Source: an uncultured Dehalococcoidia bacterium
Lineage (GTDB): Bacteria; Chloroflexota; Dehalococcoidia; Lucifugimonadales; CAZSCD01
Length of the DNA stretch: 37,066 nucleotides
Direction of reading: 5' to 3'
Assembly: GCA_964605345.1 (NCBI GenBank)
Contig: CAZSCD010000102.1
Location: 1 to 37,066, forward strand
Part shown: piece after piece, positions 18,130-28,076 of the stretch
Position numbering within the stretch: the first letter of the stretch is position 1
Layout of the letters: each line of letters starts with the position of its first letter
Made by a program: the position numbers and the translations under genes
The notes under the pieces: generated by a model
The model's input: only the letters and a program-made list of their open reading frames with translations
Databases searched by the model: none
What the model was told of the DNA's origin: nothing

Positions 18130-19161
18130 CTAACTCTTTACCGCTTGTTTCTCACTATCTCTCAACCAACAAGCTGCTTTTTGTCCGTCAGCAAGGTCAA
18201 ACAGAGGAGGGTACTCTTGATAACATTTATCGTGTACGTAGGGACAACGAGGCGCGAAAGAACATCCTTGTGGAAGGTCCCAAAGAACGGGAGGTTGTCC
18301 TGGAATGGAGTATAGGCGATCGACTTTTTCTTCCATCTTGGGTACCGATCCAATTAATGCTTCAGTGTATGGATGAGATGGATTGTTGAATATTTGCCTA
18401 ACATCACCCTGTTCCACAATTTTACCACCGTACATAACCGCTACTCTGTCACACATTTTGGCTACTATACCAAAGTCGTGTGTGATGAATATGATGCCAA
18501 CTCCAGTTTCAGCTTGAAGATCTCTCAGTAGTTTAAGATACTGAGCCTGTATTGTGGCATCAAGAGAAGTAGTTGGCTCATCAGCTATCAAAACCAGTGG
18601 GTTGCAAGAAATACCTATAGCCCCTACGACACGTTGCCTCATCCCGCCACTCAATTGGTGTGGATTGTCTTTCATTCTGTCTTGTGCAGCTGCTATACGT
18701 ACTTTGTTCAGCATCTCTAAAACTTTGGCTTTGAGAGAGTCGCCTTTATACCCTTCATGTATAGCTAACGGTTCTGCAACTTGATTCTCAATGGTAAAAA
18801 CTGGATTAAGGGCAGTCATTGGATCTTGGAGTACCATGGCGATTTTGTCGCCTCTTATGCCCTCCATTTGTTTCTCAGAGTACTGTAGAATGTCTTCTCC
18901 ATCTAATATTACTTCTCCTCCAACAATGTGCCCAGGAGGTGATGGAACTAGTCGCATTAGAGATAGTACTGTAACTGATTTCCCTGACCCCGATTCACCT
19001 ACAATCCCCAATGTTTCTCCTCGGCGAACTTGGAAATCTATGCCATCAACGGCCTTCGTAACTCCCCATCGAGTCACGAAATTGGTTTTGAGACCACGAA
19101 CATCTAAGACGACATCATTATCATTTTTGTTGGTAGTAGACATATTTATCCACTCCTTCAT
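18130..19161 (-). CDS. Oligopeptide/dipeptide-type ABC ATP-binding protein (OppD/DppD-like)
   Basis: Walker A GESGSGKS, signature LSGGMRQR, Walker B LIADEPTT, C-terminal GCSFAPRCP motif. 343 aa. Confidence 0.85.
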   Translation of the reverse strand: MKEWINMSTTNKNDNDVVLDVRGLKTNFVTRWGVTKAVDGIDFQVRRGETLGIVGESGSGKSVTVLSLMRLVPSPPGHIVGGEVILDGEDILQYSEKQMEGIRGDKIAMVLQDPMTALNPVFTIENQVAEPLAIHEGYKGDSLKAKVLEMLNKVRIAAAQDRMKDNPHQLSGGMRQRVVGAIGISCNPLVLIADEPTTSLDATIQAQYLKLLRDLQAETGVGIIFITHDFGIVAKMCDRVAVMYGGKIVEQGDVRQIFNNPSHPYTEALIGSVPKMEEKVDRLYSIPGQPPVLWDLPQGCSFAPRCPYVHDKCYQEYPPLFDLADGQKAACWLRDSEKQAVKS

Positions 19162-19365
19162 TCATTTTCGATATAAATTGCCATTTAAATAATTCAATCC
19201 CCTCTTATCAAACAACAAAGGCATGACAATGGTAGTGAAACAAATTGAAAGATCAACTTACTTACCATTAAAGGGGATAAACAACCTGCAAACTATAGCT
19301 AATCTTGTGATAAAACGCAAGCCTTAAACCTAACAAACTTATTGGTGCGGTGCAAATGATGTCAT

Positions 19366-20403
19366 TTATGGCCATTGCAAAGAAGGTGTTTCATGTCCTG
19401 AAGGTTTATAGATCAGTTCGATAAATTTATTTGTGTAAGCTTTACGATAATCAAAATTCTTGGTGAGTGCACCGAATTCTAAAAGTTGTTCATAAGAAGT
19501 GCCCCATTGATTATCCATCATCCAGCCTAATCCATTCTTTGCGGTAGATTCACTTATAGCATCTTCCAATTCTGTTTCCAGCATAAAAAGTTGATGACTT
19601 CTATCCTGGTCTGGTGCATATTTCATCACGATGTCCAACGCATCTTCTTTATTTTCAGATGCGTACAGTAGGCCTTTCATGGTTGCCTTTAAAAATCGTG
19701 TTATCTTCTCTGGATCGTTATTAACAAGTTCTTGTGTTGTGACATAAGTCAATCCCATTCCTGGAACTCCAAAGTCTGCACCTGTCCAGACGTCCACATC
19801 AAAACCTAGAGTTCGTATTGTATCTGGTTCGTTAGAGTTAAAAACGGCTAGGATATCGATTTTGCCTTCGATCAATATCCTAGGATCAAATCCAACTGGG
19901 ATTTCTGTAATCTCTGAACGATCAATTTCGTTTGCTTTTAGGATGGCCAAGTATTCCGGAGGAATAGATACCTTGTATCCAAAGGTTTTCCCCTTCCAAT
20001 CTTTTGGAGTACTCATTCCAGATTTACTAAGTGCTGCGAATGCTTGTTGACTTCTTTGACCGAAGAGTGCAAAAGAAACTATAGGCAAACCGGGATCAGA
20101 TCTGTATTTTAGAACCGAAGTTGCTGATGATGTTGTGAAATCTACGTCACCAGACATTAATAATTTGATATGCTCTCCGCTGGATGCATGGAGTATTTCT
20201 ACATTCAATCCTTGCTCTTGAAAAAATCCTTTCTCCTGAGCTACATATGCAGAGACGAATGGTAGGTTTGCTTGAGCCTTATACCCAGCCATAAAAACTA
20301 CTTTACCAGAATAAGGTTCACCTTCTGAACAAGCTATCACAGTCAGTAAAAATAGTATTATTGTGACTAAGTAAGTATAACTTCTTTTAAAATTGAGTTT
20401 CAT
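19366..20403 (-). CDS. ABC transporter substrate-binding lipoprotein, NMT1/THI5-like (sulfonate/nitrate/taurine/HMP family)
   Basis: The likely start is ATG 20403 (MKLNFKRSYTYLVTIILFLLTVIAC, signal plus lipobox). The ORF-track start at 20544 would overlap the permease. The periplasmic-binding fold is a family-level call only. Confidence 0.7.
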   Translation of the reverse strand: MKLNFKRSYTYLVTIILFLLTVIACSEGEPYSGKVVFMAGYKAQANLPFVSAYVAQEKGFFQEQGLNVEILHASSGEHIKLLMSGDVDFTTSSATSVLKYRSDPGLPIVSFALFGQRSQQAFAALSKSGMSTPKDWKGKTFGYKVSIPPEYLAILKANEIDRSEITEIPVGFDPRILIEGKIDILAVFNSNEPDTIRTLGFDVDVWTGADFGVPGMGLTYVTTQELVNNDPEKITRFLKATMKGLLYASENKEDALDIVMKYAPDQDRSHQLFMLETELEDAISESTAKNGLGWMMDNQWGTSYEQLLEFGALTKNFDYRKAYTNKFIELIYKPSGHETPSLQWP

Positions 20404-20482
20404 GGGAACATCTGTCTTAGTTAAAGTTCTTTTAATAATATATTTGGTAGTAACAACGCTTCCGGTACATCCATAGAAATGT

Positions 20483-21316
20483 TCAACGATTGATATGTGA
20501 AGATTCGTGCCAAAACAACATCCTTCGTTCCACGTGTGAGACAATCATATTCAACACGATACCCATTATGGCTAAGACTAGTACTGCTGATAGTAAAGTG
20601 TCCATGTAAAGATTGTTATGTGCAATTATAATGACGCTTCCCAACCCTTTGTCTCCACTGAACCATTCTCCTACAACTGCACCAATAATTGATAAAGGTA
20701 TAGATATTTTAAATGCAGCAAATAAATAAGGCAAGGAACTAGGAATTCTGAGTCGTAGAAAAACCTCTTTTTTAGAAGCCTGAATTGAATGAAAGAAGTC
20801 CAATGTGTCAAATTGTACAGATCTAAATCCAACAATGGCATTAATTAACGTAGGGAAGAAGGCAATTATTGCAGCTATTAATACCTTAGGGAATGAACCA
20901 AACCCAAACCATATTACGAAGAGTGGAGCTATAGCAATTATAGGTGTTACTTTTATCAAAATTGCCAGCGGGAAAAGACTTCTTTCTAGAATTTTCGAAT
21001 GTATCATTAAGGTTGCCCCAATAAATGCCGTAGCGCTGCCAAGTGCGAATCCAGCCATTGATTCCCACAATGTAATGCTGCCATGATAAGCAAAATAACT
21101 TGGATCACTGAAGAGGCGTTTTATAACTGATAGTGGCCCAGGTAAAATATATGAAGGTACATTGCCGAAATGAACCCACAATTCCCAAGATATTGCCATT
21201 GTTATTAGTACAATTATTGGCGGCAGGAATTCCACCAGAGTTAAACATTTCCGTCTGGCTAAGTTCCAAAATCTCTGTTCAGTTATGATTCTAAGTTTTG
21301 GTATTTGGATATCCAT
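20483..21316 (-). CDS. ABC transporter permease (SsuC/TauC/NrtB-like, BPD_transp_1)
   Basis: 277 aa, about 6 TM helices, with an EAA-like loop (SIQASKKEVFLRLRIPSSLPYLF). Confidence 0.8.
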   Translation of the reverse strand: MDIQIPKLRIITEQRFWNLARRKCLTLVEFLPPIIVLITMAISWELWVHFGNVPSYILPGPLSVIKRLFSDPSYFAYHGSITLWESMAGFALGSATAFIGATLMIHSKILERSLFPLAILIKVTPIIAIAPLFVIWFGFGSFPKVLIAAIIAFFPTLINAIVGFRSVQFDTLDFFHSIQASKKEVFLRLRIPSSLPYLFAAFKISIPLSIIGAVVGEWFSGDKGLGSVIIIAHNNLYMDTLLSAVLVLAIMGIVLNMIVSHVERRMLFWHESSHINR

Positions 21317-22094
21317 CAGAATTTCTAAATGTTTTAAATATGTTCTTTACTTCGCGCGTGTATTCTATAAAACAACTTGATTGCTCTATGGCATCAGTTC
21401 TGGGGCGTGGCAGATCTATAATTAATTCCTTAGTTATAGATCCCGGCTGAGGTGACATAATAAATATGCGGTCTGATAATAGCACTGCTTCTAAAATACT
21501 ATGAGTGATAAAAACAACTGTTTGCCTGGTCGTTTCCCACCAGTGTAGGAGTTCATAGCGCATCGAAATGCGAGTCATCTCGTCAAGCGATCCAAATGGT
21601 TCATCCATAAGCAATAGATTAGGGTTTATTGCCAAAGCTCGTGCGAAGGCAACTCGCTGTTTCATTCCCCCAGATAACTGATATGGGTAATAGTTGCTAA
21701 ATCCTGAAAGCCCAACCATATTCGCTAAATGTTCTGGAGTTCCTGTAATGCCCGCAGGTTCTACAACATTCACTTTTGTAGGTAATCTAATGTTGTCTAA
21801 AACTGTAAGCCAAGGCAGCAAAGAAGGATTTTGGGATACGAAACCAATATCCTTTTTGCGTTGAGCATGAACAGGTAATTCTCCGTCAATCAGTGTGATT
21901 CCTTTTGTTGGACTTAATAATCCTCCAATGATTTTCAATAACGTAGTTTTACCACATCCACTAGGTCCTATTACCGAAACAAAATCACCCTTATTGATTG
22001 CTAAGTGTAAGTTATCTAGGGTTATTAAATCGTGTTTCTTTGTTGTAAATATGTGTGTGAGGCCATTGACTAAAATATGTGGAAGATGTTCCAT
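21291..22094 (-). CDS. ABC transporter ATP-binding protein (SsuB/TauB/NrtD-like)
   Basis: Walker A GPSGCGKTT, signature LSGGMKQRV, Walker B LLLMDEP. Overlaps the permease start by 26 nt. Confidence 0.85.
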   Translation of the reverse strand: MEHLPHILVNGLTHIFTTKKHDLITLDNLHLAINKGDFVSVIGPSGCGKTTLLKIIGGLLSPTKGITLIDGELPVHAQRKKDIGFVSQNPSLLPWLTVLDNIRLPTKVNVVEPAGITGTPEHLANMVGLSGFSNYYPYQLSGGMKQRVAFARALAINPNLLLMDEPFGSLDEMTRISMRYELLHWWETTRQTVVFITHSILEAVLLSDRIFIMSPQPGSITKELIIDLPRPRTDAIEQSSCFIEYTREVKNIFKTFRNSDGYPNTKT

Positions 22095-22412
22095 TTGCCC
22101 ATCCGCATCGACTTTTTTCTCAGCAAAGCCCTAAAAAGTTTCATTGCCAAATCTTAAACTATATTGACAGATTGAAAGATAGATTCAAGCGGTAATAATG
22201 ATAATGAATTTTGCATCCAGTAGCAATCAAATGAGTTATGTCCAGTATGATAAAGAGTAAATCTTTATGTCAGCAATTATGTATCAAAACCTATGAGTGG
22301 GGAATTTAAAAATTTGATGAAATTGTTGTGAGTTTCATTTTTTAGAGTTATGATGCTCTCCAGAATTACAAATAAATCATAAGTACAGCTATGATAAGGG
22401 ATAAAATATAAG

Positions 22413-23825
22413 ATGAAAATGTGGATAAATTCTCAATGGGTTGATAAAGACGAAAAAATCAATGTTATAAATCCATTTGATAATTCTGTTATAGATACAG
22501 TTCCAAAAGGTGATGCCAAAGATGTAGATGCAGCTGTTTCTAGTGCTGAGAGAGGTGCTAAAATTATGGCAAATGTTTCTGCATATGATCGATTTGCGAT
22601 GCTACGTAAAGCAGCTGATTTATTGGAAGAACGCAAAGAGGAATTTGCACAGGTGGTAACAAAAGAAGAAGGCAAAATCATTGCTGAAGGTAGGATAGAA
22701 GTAGATCGAGCTATACAAACAATGAGTTTGTCAGCAGAAGAAGCTAAGCGATTGTACGGAGAATCAGTTCCATTGGATGCATTTCCTGGATGGACTGGCC
22801 AATTAGGGTTTACAATGCGAATACCTTGTGGTGTTGTTCTGGGTATAAGTCCATTCAATTTCCCATTAAATTTGGTTTGTCATAAAGTGGGGCCAGCTTT
22901 AGCAGGAGGTAATTCTGTTATTATTAAGCCAGCTTCAGACACTCCATTGTCTGCTATCAAATTAACAGAAGTTCTACTCGAAGCGGGTGTTCCTTCAGAA
23001 GCAATTCAGTGTATTACTGGTTCGGGCAGTAATGTTGGAGATCCTCTTGTGCACGATTCTAGAGTTCGTAAAGTGACTTTTACTGGTAGTCGAGAAATTG
23101 GACAACATATTTGTCAGGTTGCTGGACTAAAAAAAGTTACAATGGAACTTGGATCAAATGCTCCATTAATTATTATGCCTGACGCAGACATAGATAAAGT
23201 AGTTAAAGGAACCATAAGTAGTGGTTTTATGAACGCTGGCCAATCGTGCATATCTGCACAGAGAGTAATAGCTAATAAGAAGATCTATGTCGATTATTTG
23301 GATGCGTTGACAGAAGGAGTTAAAACCATAAATACAGGCAATCCGTTAGATGAAAATGTACGGATGGGGCCCATGATTCGAGAACAAGATGCTTCTAGAG
23401 TAAACCAGTGGATAAAAGATGCTACAACTGGCGGTGCCAAAACATTGATAGGAGCTGAATATTCTGGAGCGATTCATGCACCTACAATAGTGGCTGACGT
23501 GCGTCCTGAAATGCAAATTTCTCACGACGAATTATTTGGGCCAGCAGTAGCTGTTACGCCATTCTCCGATATAGATGAAGCGATAGCACTGGCTAATGAT
23601 TCAGATTATGGATTGAGTGCGGGTATTTTTACACAAAACATGGATACTGCTATGCGATTCATCAAGGAGGTCCACTCAGGTAACGTTCATATTAATTCGG
23701 GTCCTGCATGGAGGGCTGACATGATGCCATATGGTGGAGTTAAATACAGTGGACTAGGAAACGAAGGGCCAAGATATGCCATTGAGGAAATGACCGAACT
23801 CAAAATGGTAGTGATGCATTCTTAG
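22413..23825 (+). CDS. NAD(P)+-dependent aldehyde dehydrogenase family protein
   Basis: 470 aa. FTGS, catalytic Glu in MELGSNAP, catalytic Cys in NAGQSCISAQR, and the EELFGP-like HDELFGPA. Confidence 0.88.
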   Translation: MKMWINSQWVDKDEKINVINPFDNSVIDTVPKGDAKDVDAAVSSAERGAKIMANVSAYDRFAMLRKAADLLEERKEEFAQVVTKEEGKIIAEGRIEVDRAIQTMSLSAEEAKRLYGESVPLDAFPGWTGQLGFTMRIPCGVVLGISPFNFPLNLVCHKVGPALAGGNSVIIKPASDTPLSAIKLTEVLLEAGVPSEAIQCITGSGSNVGDPLVHDSRVRKVTFTGSREIGQHICQVAGLKKVTMELGSNAPLIIMPDADIDKVVKGTISSGFMNAGQSCISAQRVIANKKIYVDYLDALTEGVKTINTGNPLDENVRMGPMIREQDASRVNQWIKDATTGGAKTLIGAEYSGAIHAPTIVADVRPEMQISHDELFGPAVAVTPFSDIDEAIALANDSDYGLSAGIFTQNMDTAMRFIKEVHSGNVHINSGPAWRADMMPYGGVKYSGLGNEGPRYAIEEMTELKMVVMHS

Positions 23826-23951
23826 GAAAACACAAAAATTTGTTTCGTTGACTAGGGCTTGCTTTACTTATAGAATGTGAGTTAGGTTCAGCAATCTAGA
23901 CTAGCATATTAAGGAAGTCTATACAGTATTTTTGGGGAGCAACAGAATATC

Positions 23952-24302
23952 ATGCAAAAAACTTCACCAGCACCTCTTACTATATCTATATCGAAAGGTG
24001 CAGCGGATCATGTGAAACACATAGCCGGCGTCCAGAATAAACCTCTAAGCAATCTACGTGTAGGAGTGAAAGGAGGAGGGTGTTCTGGAATGACGTACGT
24101 CCTAGACTTAGTAGATGAACCATTGGAAGGCGACAAACTTATTGAAGAACATGGGTTGAAATTGTTTGTGGATCGCAAGTCGTATGTGTTTCTTGCGGGG
24201 ACCATTTTGGAGTATTCTGGAGGTCTTAACGGCAAGGGATTTGTATTTAACAACCCAAACGCTAAAACTACTTGTGGCTGTGGTACTTCTTTCAGCGTTT
24301 AA
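23952..24302 (+). CDS. Iron-sulfur cluster insertion/assembly protein, HesB/IscA/ErpA family
   Basis: 116 aa. GGGCSGM and the C-terminal CGCGTSF cysteine triad. Confidence 0.88.
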   Translation: MQKTSPAPLTISISKGAADHVKHIAGVQNKPLSNLRVGVKGGGCSGMTYVLDLVDEPLEGDKLIEEHGLKLFVDRKSYVFLAGTILEYSGGLNGKGFVFNNPNAKTTCGCGTSFSV

Positions 24303-24473
24303 GTTAATCGTTTGGGTAATCTCGTACTGTCTCCCCATTTATGAGTTTGTTTCACGTGGGAATTTTCGAAGTTTAAACATGAATCCTGAACCCAAGAATC
24401 CCATAAGAAATATTAGTTATCTATACACCCACAATCTTGATGAAGATAAAAGATTACGGAATATAATATAGAC

Positions 24474-25436
24474 ATGGAATCAGTTGGATTATTTGACCGT
24501 TCGTACGTTGGCAGATTGAAAATCACAGGATCTGATGGGATTGATCTCATAGACCGTTTGTCGACCAATAAAATTCGTGATTTAACCAACACACAAGGGA
24601 TGTATACGGTTCTTACATCTAATAAAGGGCGTATATTGGACTTGCTATTTGTTTTGAAACTAGAAAGTCACCTATTATTGTTGACTGGTTATAACAATCA
24701 ATCTGAAGTGATCAATTGGATTAATTATTATACCTTTATGGAAGATGTGGTTATTGTAGATGAAACGAAAGACACTGTATTGTTCACGTTAGTTGGACCT
24801 CATGCAATTAAACTTCTTAATGATCAAGTTAGCCAACGAATAGCACTTCTTGAGCAATATGAGTCTGTGTTTGCGAATATAGATGGTACTGATGTGTTAA
24901 TTTGTAGAACTGATTCAATAAACACTGAATCATACGATATAGTTGCGCCATTTGCTCAAGGCAAACAAATCTGGAACAGATTAGCGATTCGAATCTCAGA
25001 ACTAAAATTGAAACCGATGAGCTTGGAGGCACTTGAGATATTAAGGGTAGAACAAGGAATGCCGATGCATGGAAAAGAGCTTACCGATGAATTCAATCCT
25101 CTAGAAGCCAATCTGAAAAAATTCATTAGTTTCAACAAAGGTTGCTACATAGGACAAGAAGTAATTACTAGACTCGATACTTACAACAAAGTTAAGAAAA
25201 ATTTAGTTGGATTATCCGGTATAAATTCAGAGCCTCCAGATGAGGGAACATTTATATTGTCAGACGATAAAAAAGTCGGACAAATTACCTCCGCTACCAA
25301 GTCAACACAAGCTCATATTTGGATAGGACTCGGATATGTTAGAAAACAATATTCGGAACCAGGTACGTCTCTAGCCATGGTGAATAAAGATGGCGATACA
25401 GCGAAGATATTGATTGAACCATTGCCATTTAAATAG
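24474..25436 (+). CDS. ygfZ: Folate-binding Fe-S cluster repair/tRNA-modification protein YgfZ (GcvT-like fold)
   Basis: 320 aa. Aminomethyltransferase-like N-domain and the YgfZ signature KGCYIGQE. Confidence 0.8.
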   Translation: MESVGLFDRSYVGRLKITGSDGIDLIDRLSTNKIRDLTNTQGMYTVLTSNKGRILDLLFVLKLESHLLLLTGYNNQSEVINWINYYTFMEDVVIVDETKDTVLFTLVGPHAIKLLNDQVSQRIALLEQYESVFANIDGTDVLICRTDSINTESYDIVAPFAQGKQIWNRLAIRISELKLKPMSLEALEILRVEQGMPMHGKELTDEFNPLEANLKKFISFNKGCYIGQEVITRLDTYNKVKKNLVGLSGINSEPPDEGTFILSDDKKVGQITSATKSTQAHIWIGLGYVRKQYSEPGTSLAMVNKDGDTAKILIEPLPFK

Positions 25437-26217
25437 TAAGAGTCATGCCTCCGTCGACTGATATTACCTGTCCACGTATCATGTTGGCATCTTGACTGCA
25501 AAGAAAGGCAACAACTCGCGCAATATCTTCCGCAGTTACCATTTGACCTGTTACTGTTTTTTTTGCATCTGCCAACATTTTGTCCCTGTTAGGAAAATAA
25601 TCGAGTGCCGAGGTATCAACGTAGCCACCTGACACAGCGTTAACTGATATGCCATTGGGAGCCAGTTCGACTGCAAGATAACGAGTTAAAGATTCTAGGG
25701 CTGCTTTAGAGGTTCCAACTGAAAAATAATATGGTAGTACAATGTTGGCTCCTGGACTTGTGATGTTAATTATGTTTCCGCCTTCAGTCATTAAGCGCGA
25801 AGCCTCAATAGAACACATCCAAGGAGCCTTAGCGTTAATATCCATGGTCCAGTCCCAATGTTTTTCATCGAGATCCTCTGCTGGTAGTTGAACACCAGAT
25901 GCAGCATTATTTATGAGAATATCCAACTTACCAAATTCAAGTTTAATCTGACCGAAAAGGTCTCGTATCTTATCTGAGTCTCCCAAATGTGATTTGATGC
26001 GCAAACATTTTACGCCCATTTCCTCAATTTGTTGATGGGTATCGGTCGCGGCTTTATGATTTCGTAGATAATTGAACGCTATATCGGCACCACGGCGGGC
26101 GAATTCAAACGCAATAGCCTTACCTATGCCACGAGACCCACCTGTGACCAACACCTTTTTCCCTTTAAAAGAAATATTCACTGAACACTCTCTAGACTGC
26201 CATTCCTCCATCCACAC
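25429..26217 (-). CDS. fabL: Enoyl-[acyl-carrier-protein] reductase (NADPH), FabL type (SDR)
   Basis: Long colinear matches to my recollection of B. subtilis FabL: VTGGSRGIGKA, NNAASGV, HWDWTMDINAKA, SKAALESLTRYLAVEL, VNAVSGG, MIRGQVISVDGG. The start is uncertain (GTG 26217, ATG 26211, or a GTG just after the fabG stop). Confidence 0.8.
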   Translation of the reverse strand: MWMEEWQSRECSVNISFKGKKVLVTGGSRGIGKAIAFEFARRGADIAFNYLRNHKAATDTHQQIEEMGVKCLRIKSHLGDSDKIRDLFGQIKLEFGKLDILINNAASGVQLPAEDLDEKHWDWTMDINAKAPWMCSIEASRLMTEGGNIINITSPGANIVLPYYFSVGTSKAALESLTRYLAVELAPNGISVNAVSGGYVDTSALDYFPNRDKMLADAKKTVTGQMVTAEDIARVVAFLCSQDANMIRGQVISVDGGMTLTI

Positions 26218-26944
26218 TAATTATCTGTCCAGTTATATAGTTAGCTTGTTGAGTAGCTAGAAAAGCTGTCATATGTGCTACGTCTTCGACTTCTCCAAAA
26301 TGTCCCTGCGGTATCCAGGTGAGAATTTTATCTTTTAAGTCTTGAGATAACACATCGACTGTATCTGTGCTGATATAACCAGGAGCAACCATATTAACTG
26401 TTATATTTCGTGACGCAACTTCCTTGGCTAGTGCCTTAGTAAAGCCAATCAATCCAGCCTTAGAAGCAGCATAGTTGGATTGGCCTATATTTCCTCTTAT
26501 TCCGACAACAGAGCCGATACTGATTATTCTTCCCCATCTTTTTCGAAGCATTTTCCGAACTACTGCTCTTGTACAATAAAACGTGCCGTTAAGATTGGTC
26601 GCAATAACTTTCTCCCAGGCTTCATCTGTCATTCTAACCAACAGGTTGTCGTTTATAATGCCAGCGTTATTAACCAATATGTCAATATTCCCCCAAGTGT
26701 CTTCAATGGATTCAACCATGCGCAACACTTGATTTAGATGGCTTACATCCGCTTTAATGGCAATCGCTTCTCCTCCCTGGTCTATAATAGCGTCTACTAC
26801 ATCTTCTGCAGCTTTATCAGAGGTGTGGTAATTAATGGCAACTCTTACCCCTTTATTAGCTAATTCTAATGCTACAGATCGACCTATGCCTTTAGATGCA
26901 CCTGTAACCAAGGCAATTTTTCCTTCTATATCAGACTTAGTCAA
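26192..26944 (-). CDS. fabG: 3-oxoacyl-[acyl-carrier-protein] reductase
   Basis: 250 aa. ALVTGASKGIGR, NNAG, NYAASKAG, ITGQIISVDGGM. Located between plsX and fabL. Confidence 0.88.
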   Translation of the reverse strand: MTKSDIEGKIALVTGASKGIGRSVALELANKGVRVAINYHTSDKAAEDVVDAIIDQGGEAIAIKADVSHLNQVLRMVESIEDTWGNIDILVNNAGIINDNLLVRMTDEAWEKVIATNLNGTFYCTRAVVRKMLRKRWGRIISIGSVVGIRGNIGQSNYAASKAGLIGFTKALAKEVASRNITVNMVAPGYISTDTVDVLSQDLKDKILTWIPQGHFGEVEDVAHMTAFLATQQANYITGQIISVDGGMAV

Positions 26945-27004
26945 CTTATCTCCTGTATAACTCTGTGATGAACCATTTTAAAAAGTTTTCCTTTGCTGTG
27001 CAAA

Positions 27005-28021
27005 TTATTTGTCTTCACTACGTAATTGAGATAGTTCCTCATTGAGCTTGGCAATAAAGTTGCCTTCAACTACTTTTTTGGCAGTACTTATTGCACGATG
27101 TACGGCTGGCGCCTTACTGCGACCATGTCCGACGACACTGACTCCATTTATCCCATACAATGGGCCTCCTCCTGCTGCTTCTACAACGCTATTAAGCTCA
27201 TAAACTTCCTGAACCAATTTTTCTAGTTCAGAGTTAGGGATTTTACCGTTGAGAGTTGAGGTTAGGTGGTTAGCTATTGACTTACCCAAGCCTTCTGCAA
27301 GTTTCATAATCACATTACCAACAAAGCCGTCACATACTACAACTTCAACTTTATTTTGCATAATGTCATTAGCTTCTACGTTGCCTACAAAATTCAGTTC
27401 ACTATCGCCCAAAAGTTGTGAAGCTTCTCTTACCTGACGGTTACCTTTGCCAGATTCAGCTCCTACACTAAGTATGCCAACACGAGGACGAGTTACATTC
27501 CAGAAAAGACGAGCGAACACATCACCAATAACCGCAAAATTCAGTAATTGATGTGGACGGCAGTCAACATTAGACCCTAGGTCCATAACTATCGTTTTAG
27601 GAGCGAGTCCAAATATGGGGCCACCTAAAGCTGGACGATCAATGCCATCTATCACACCTATAATTACAGTAGCAGCTGCCATTGCAGCTCCAGTAGACCC
27701 CATGGACACACATGCGTCTACGTATCCGTCCTTGACCATTTTAGTGGCAACCAAAATGGAGGCTTTAGGTTTATTTCTGAGAGCTAAGGCAGGTGATTCA
27801 TCTTCTGTGATAACGCCTTCTGAAGGTACTATGTTTATGGGAAGGTTGGAAACGTTGTGGTTAGCTAATTCAAGTTCTATCTTGGTGGCATCTCCAACCA
27901 GTGCTATGTGGACATCAGATTTACGGGCTGCTTCTATGGCGCCAGCTATTACCTCCTGTGGGGCATAGTCGCCGCCCATGGCATCTACAGCCACTTTAAC
28001 CGGTTGCTGTTTGGCAGTCAA
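27005..28021 (-). CDS. plsX: Phosphate:acyl-ACP acyltransferase
   Basis: 338 aa. VAVDAMGGDYAP, SMGSTGA, VGILSVGAESGKGN, VVVCDGFVGNV, colinear with known PlsX proteins. Confidence 0.93.
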   Translation of the reverse strand: MTAKQQPVKVAVDAMGGDYAPQEVIAGAIEAARKSDVHIALVGDATKIELELANHNVSNLPINIVPSEGVITEDESPALALRNKPKASILVATKMVKDGYVDACVSMGSTGAAMAAATVIIGVIDGIDRPALGGPIFGLAPKTIVMDLGSNVDCRPHQLLNFAVIGDVFARLFWNVTRPRVGILSVGAESGKGNRQVREASQLLGDSELNFVGNVEANDIMQNKVEVVVCDGFVGNVIMKLAEGLGKSIANHLTSTLNGKIPNSELEKLVQEVYELNSVVEAAGGGPLYGINGVSVVGHGRSKAPAVHRAISTAKKVVEGNFIAKLNEELSQLRSEDK

Positions 28022-28076
28022 ATTATTCTCTCCATTATTGCAAAATCGTAAGTTTTGACAAAGTGATATTGATCAT

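Noticed and set aside
20404-20544. N-terminal 47-codon extension of the substrate-binding protein ORF, overlapping the permease 3' end.
   Set aside because: The extension (MSHTWNEGCCFGTNLH...) has no signal-peptide character. The internal Met at 20403 starts a textbook signal peptide plus lipobox, so the extension is an ORF-calling artefact.
22095-22140. Possible TPP (thi-box) riboswitch upstream of the NMT1/THI5-type ABC transporter. On the minus strand this reads GGGCTTTGCTGAGA.
   Set aside because: Only the CTGAGA core is present. The ACCC...AACCTGATC...GGGA elements are missing, and the leader is only about 50 nt, too short for the aptamer.
22420-22428. Perfect DnaA box (TGTGGATAA). Near-matches occur at about 19146 and 15053.
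   Set aside because: These are isolated single boxes inside coding sequences, one of them at codons 3-6 of the aldehyde dehydrogenase. There is no clustering and no AT-rich unwinding element, so this is not an origin.
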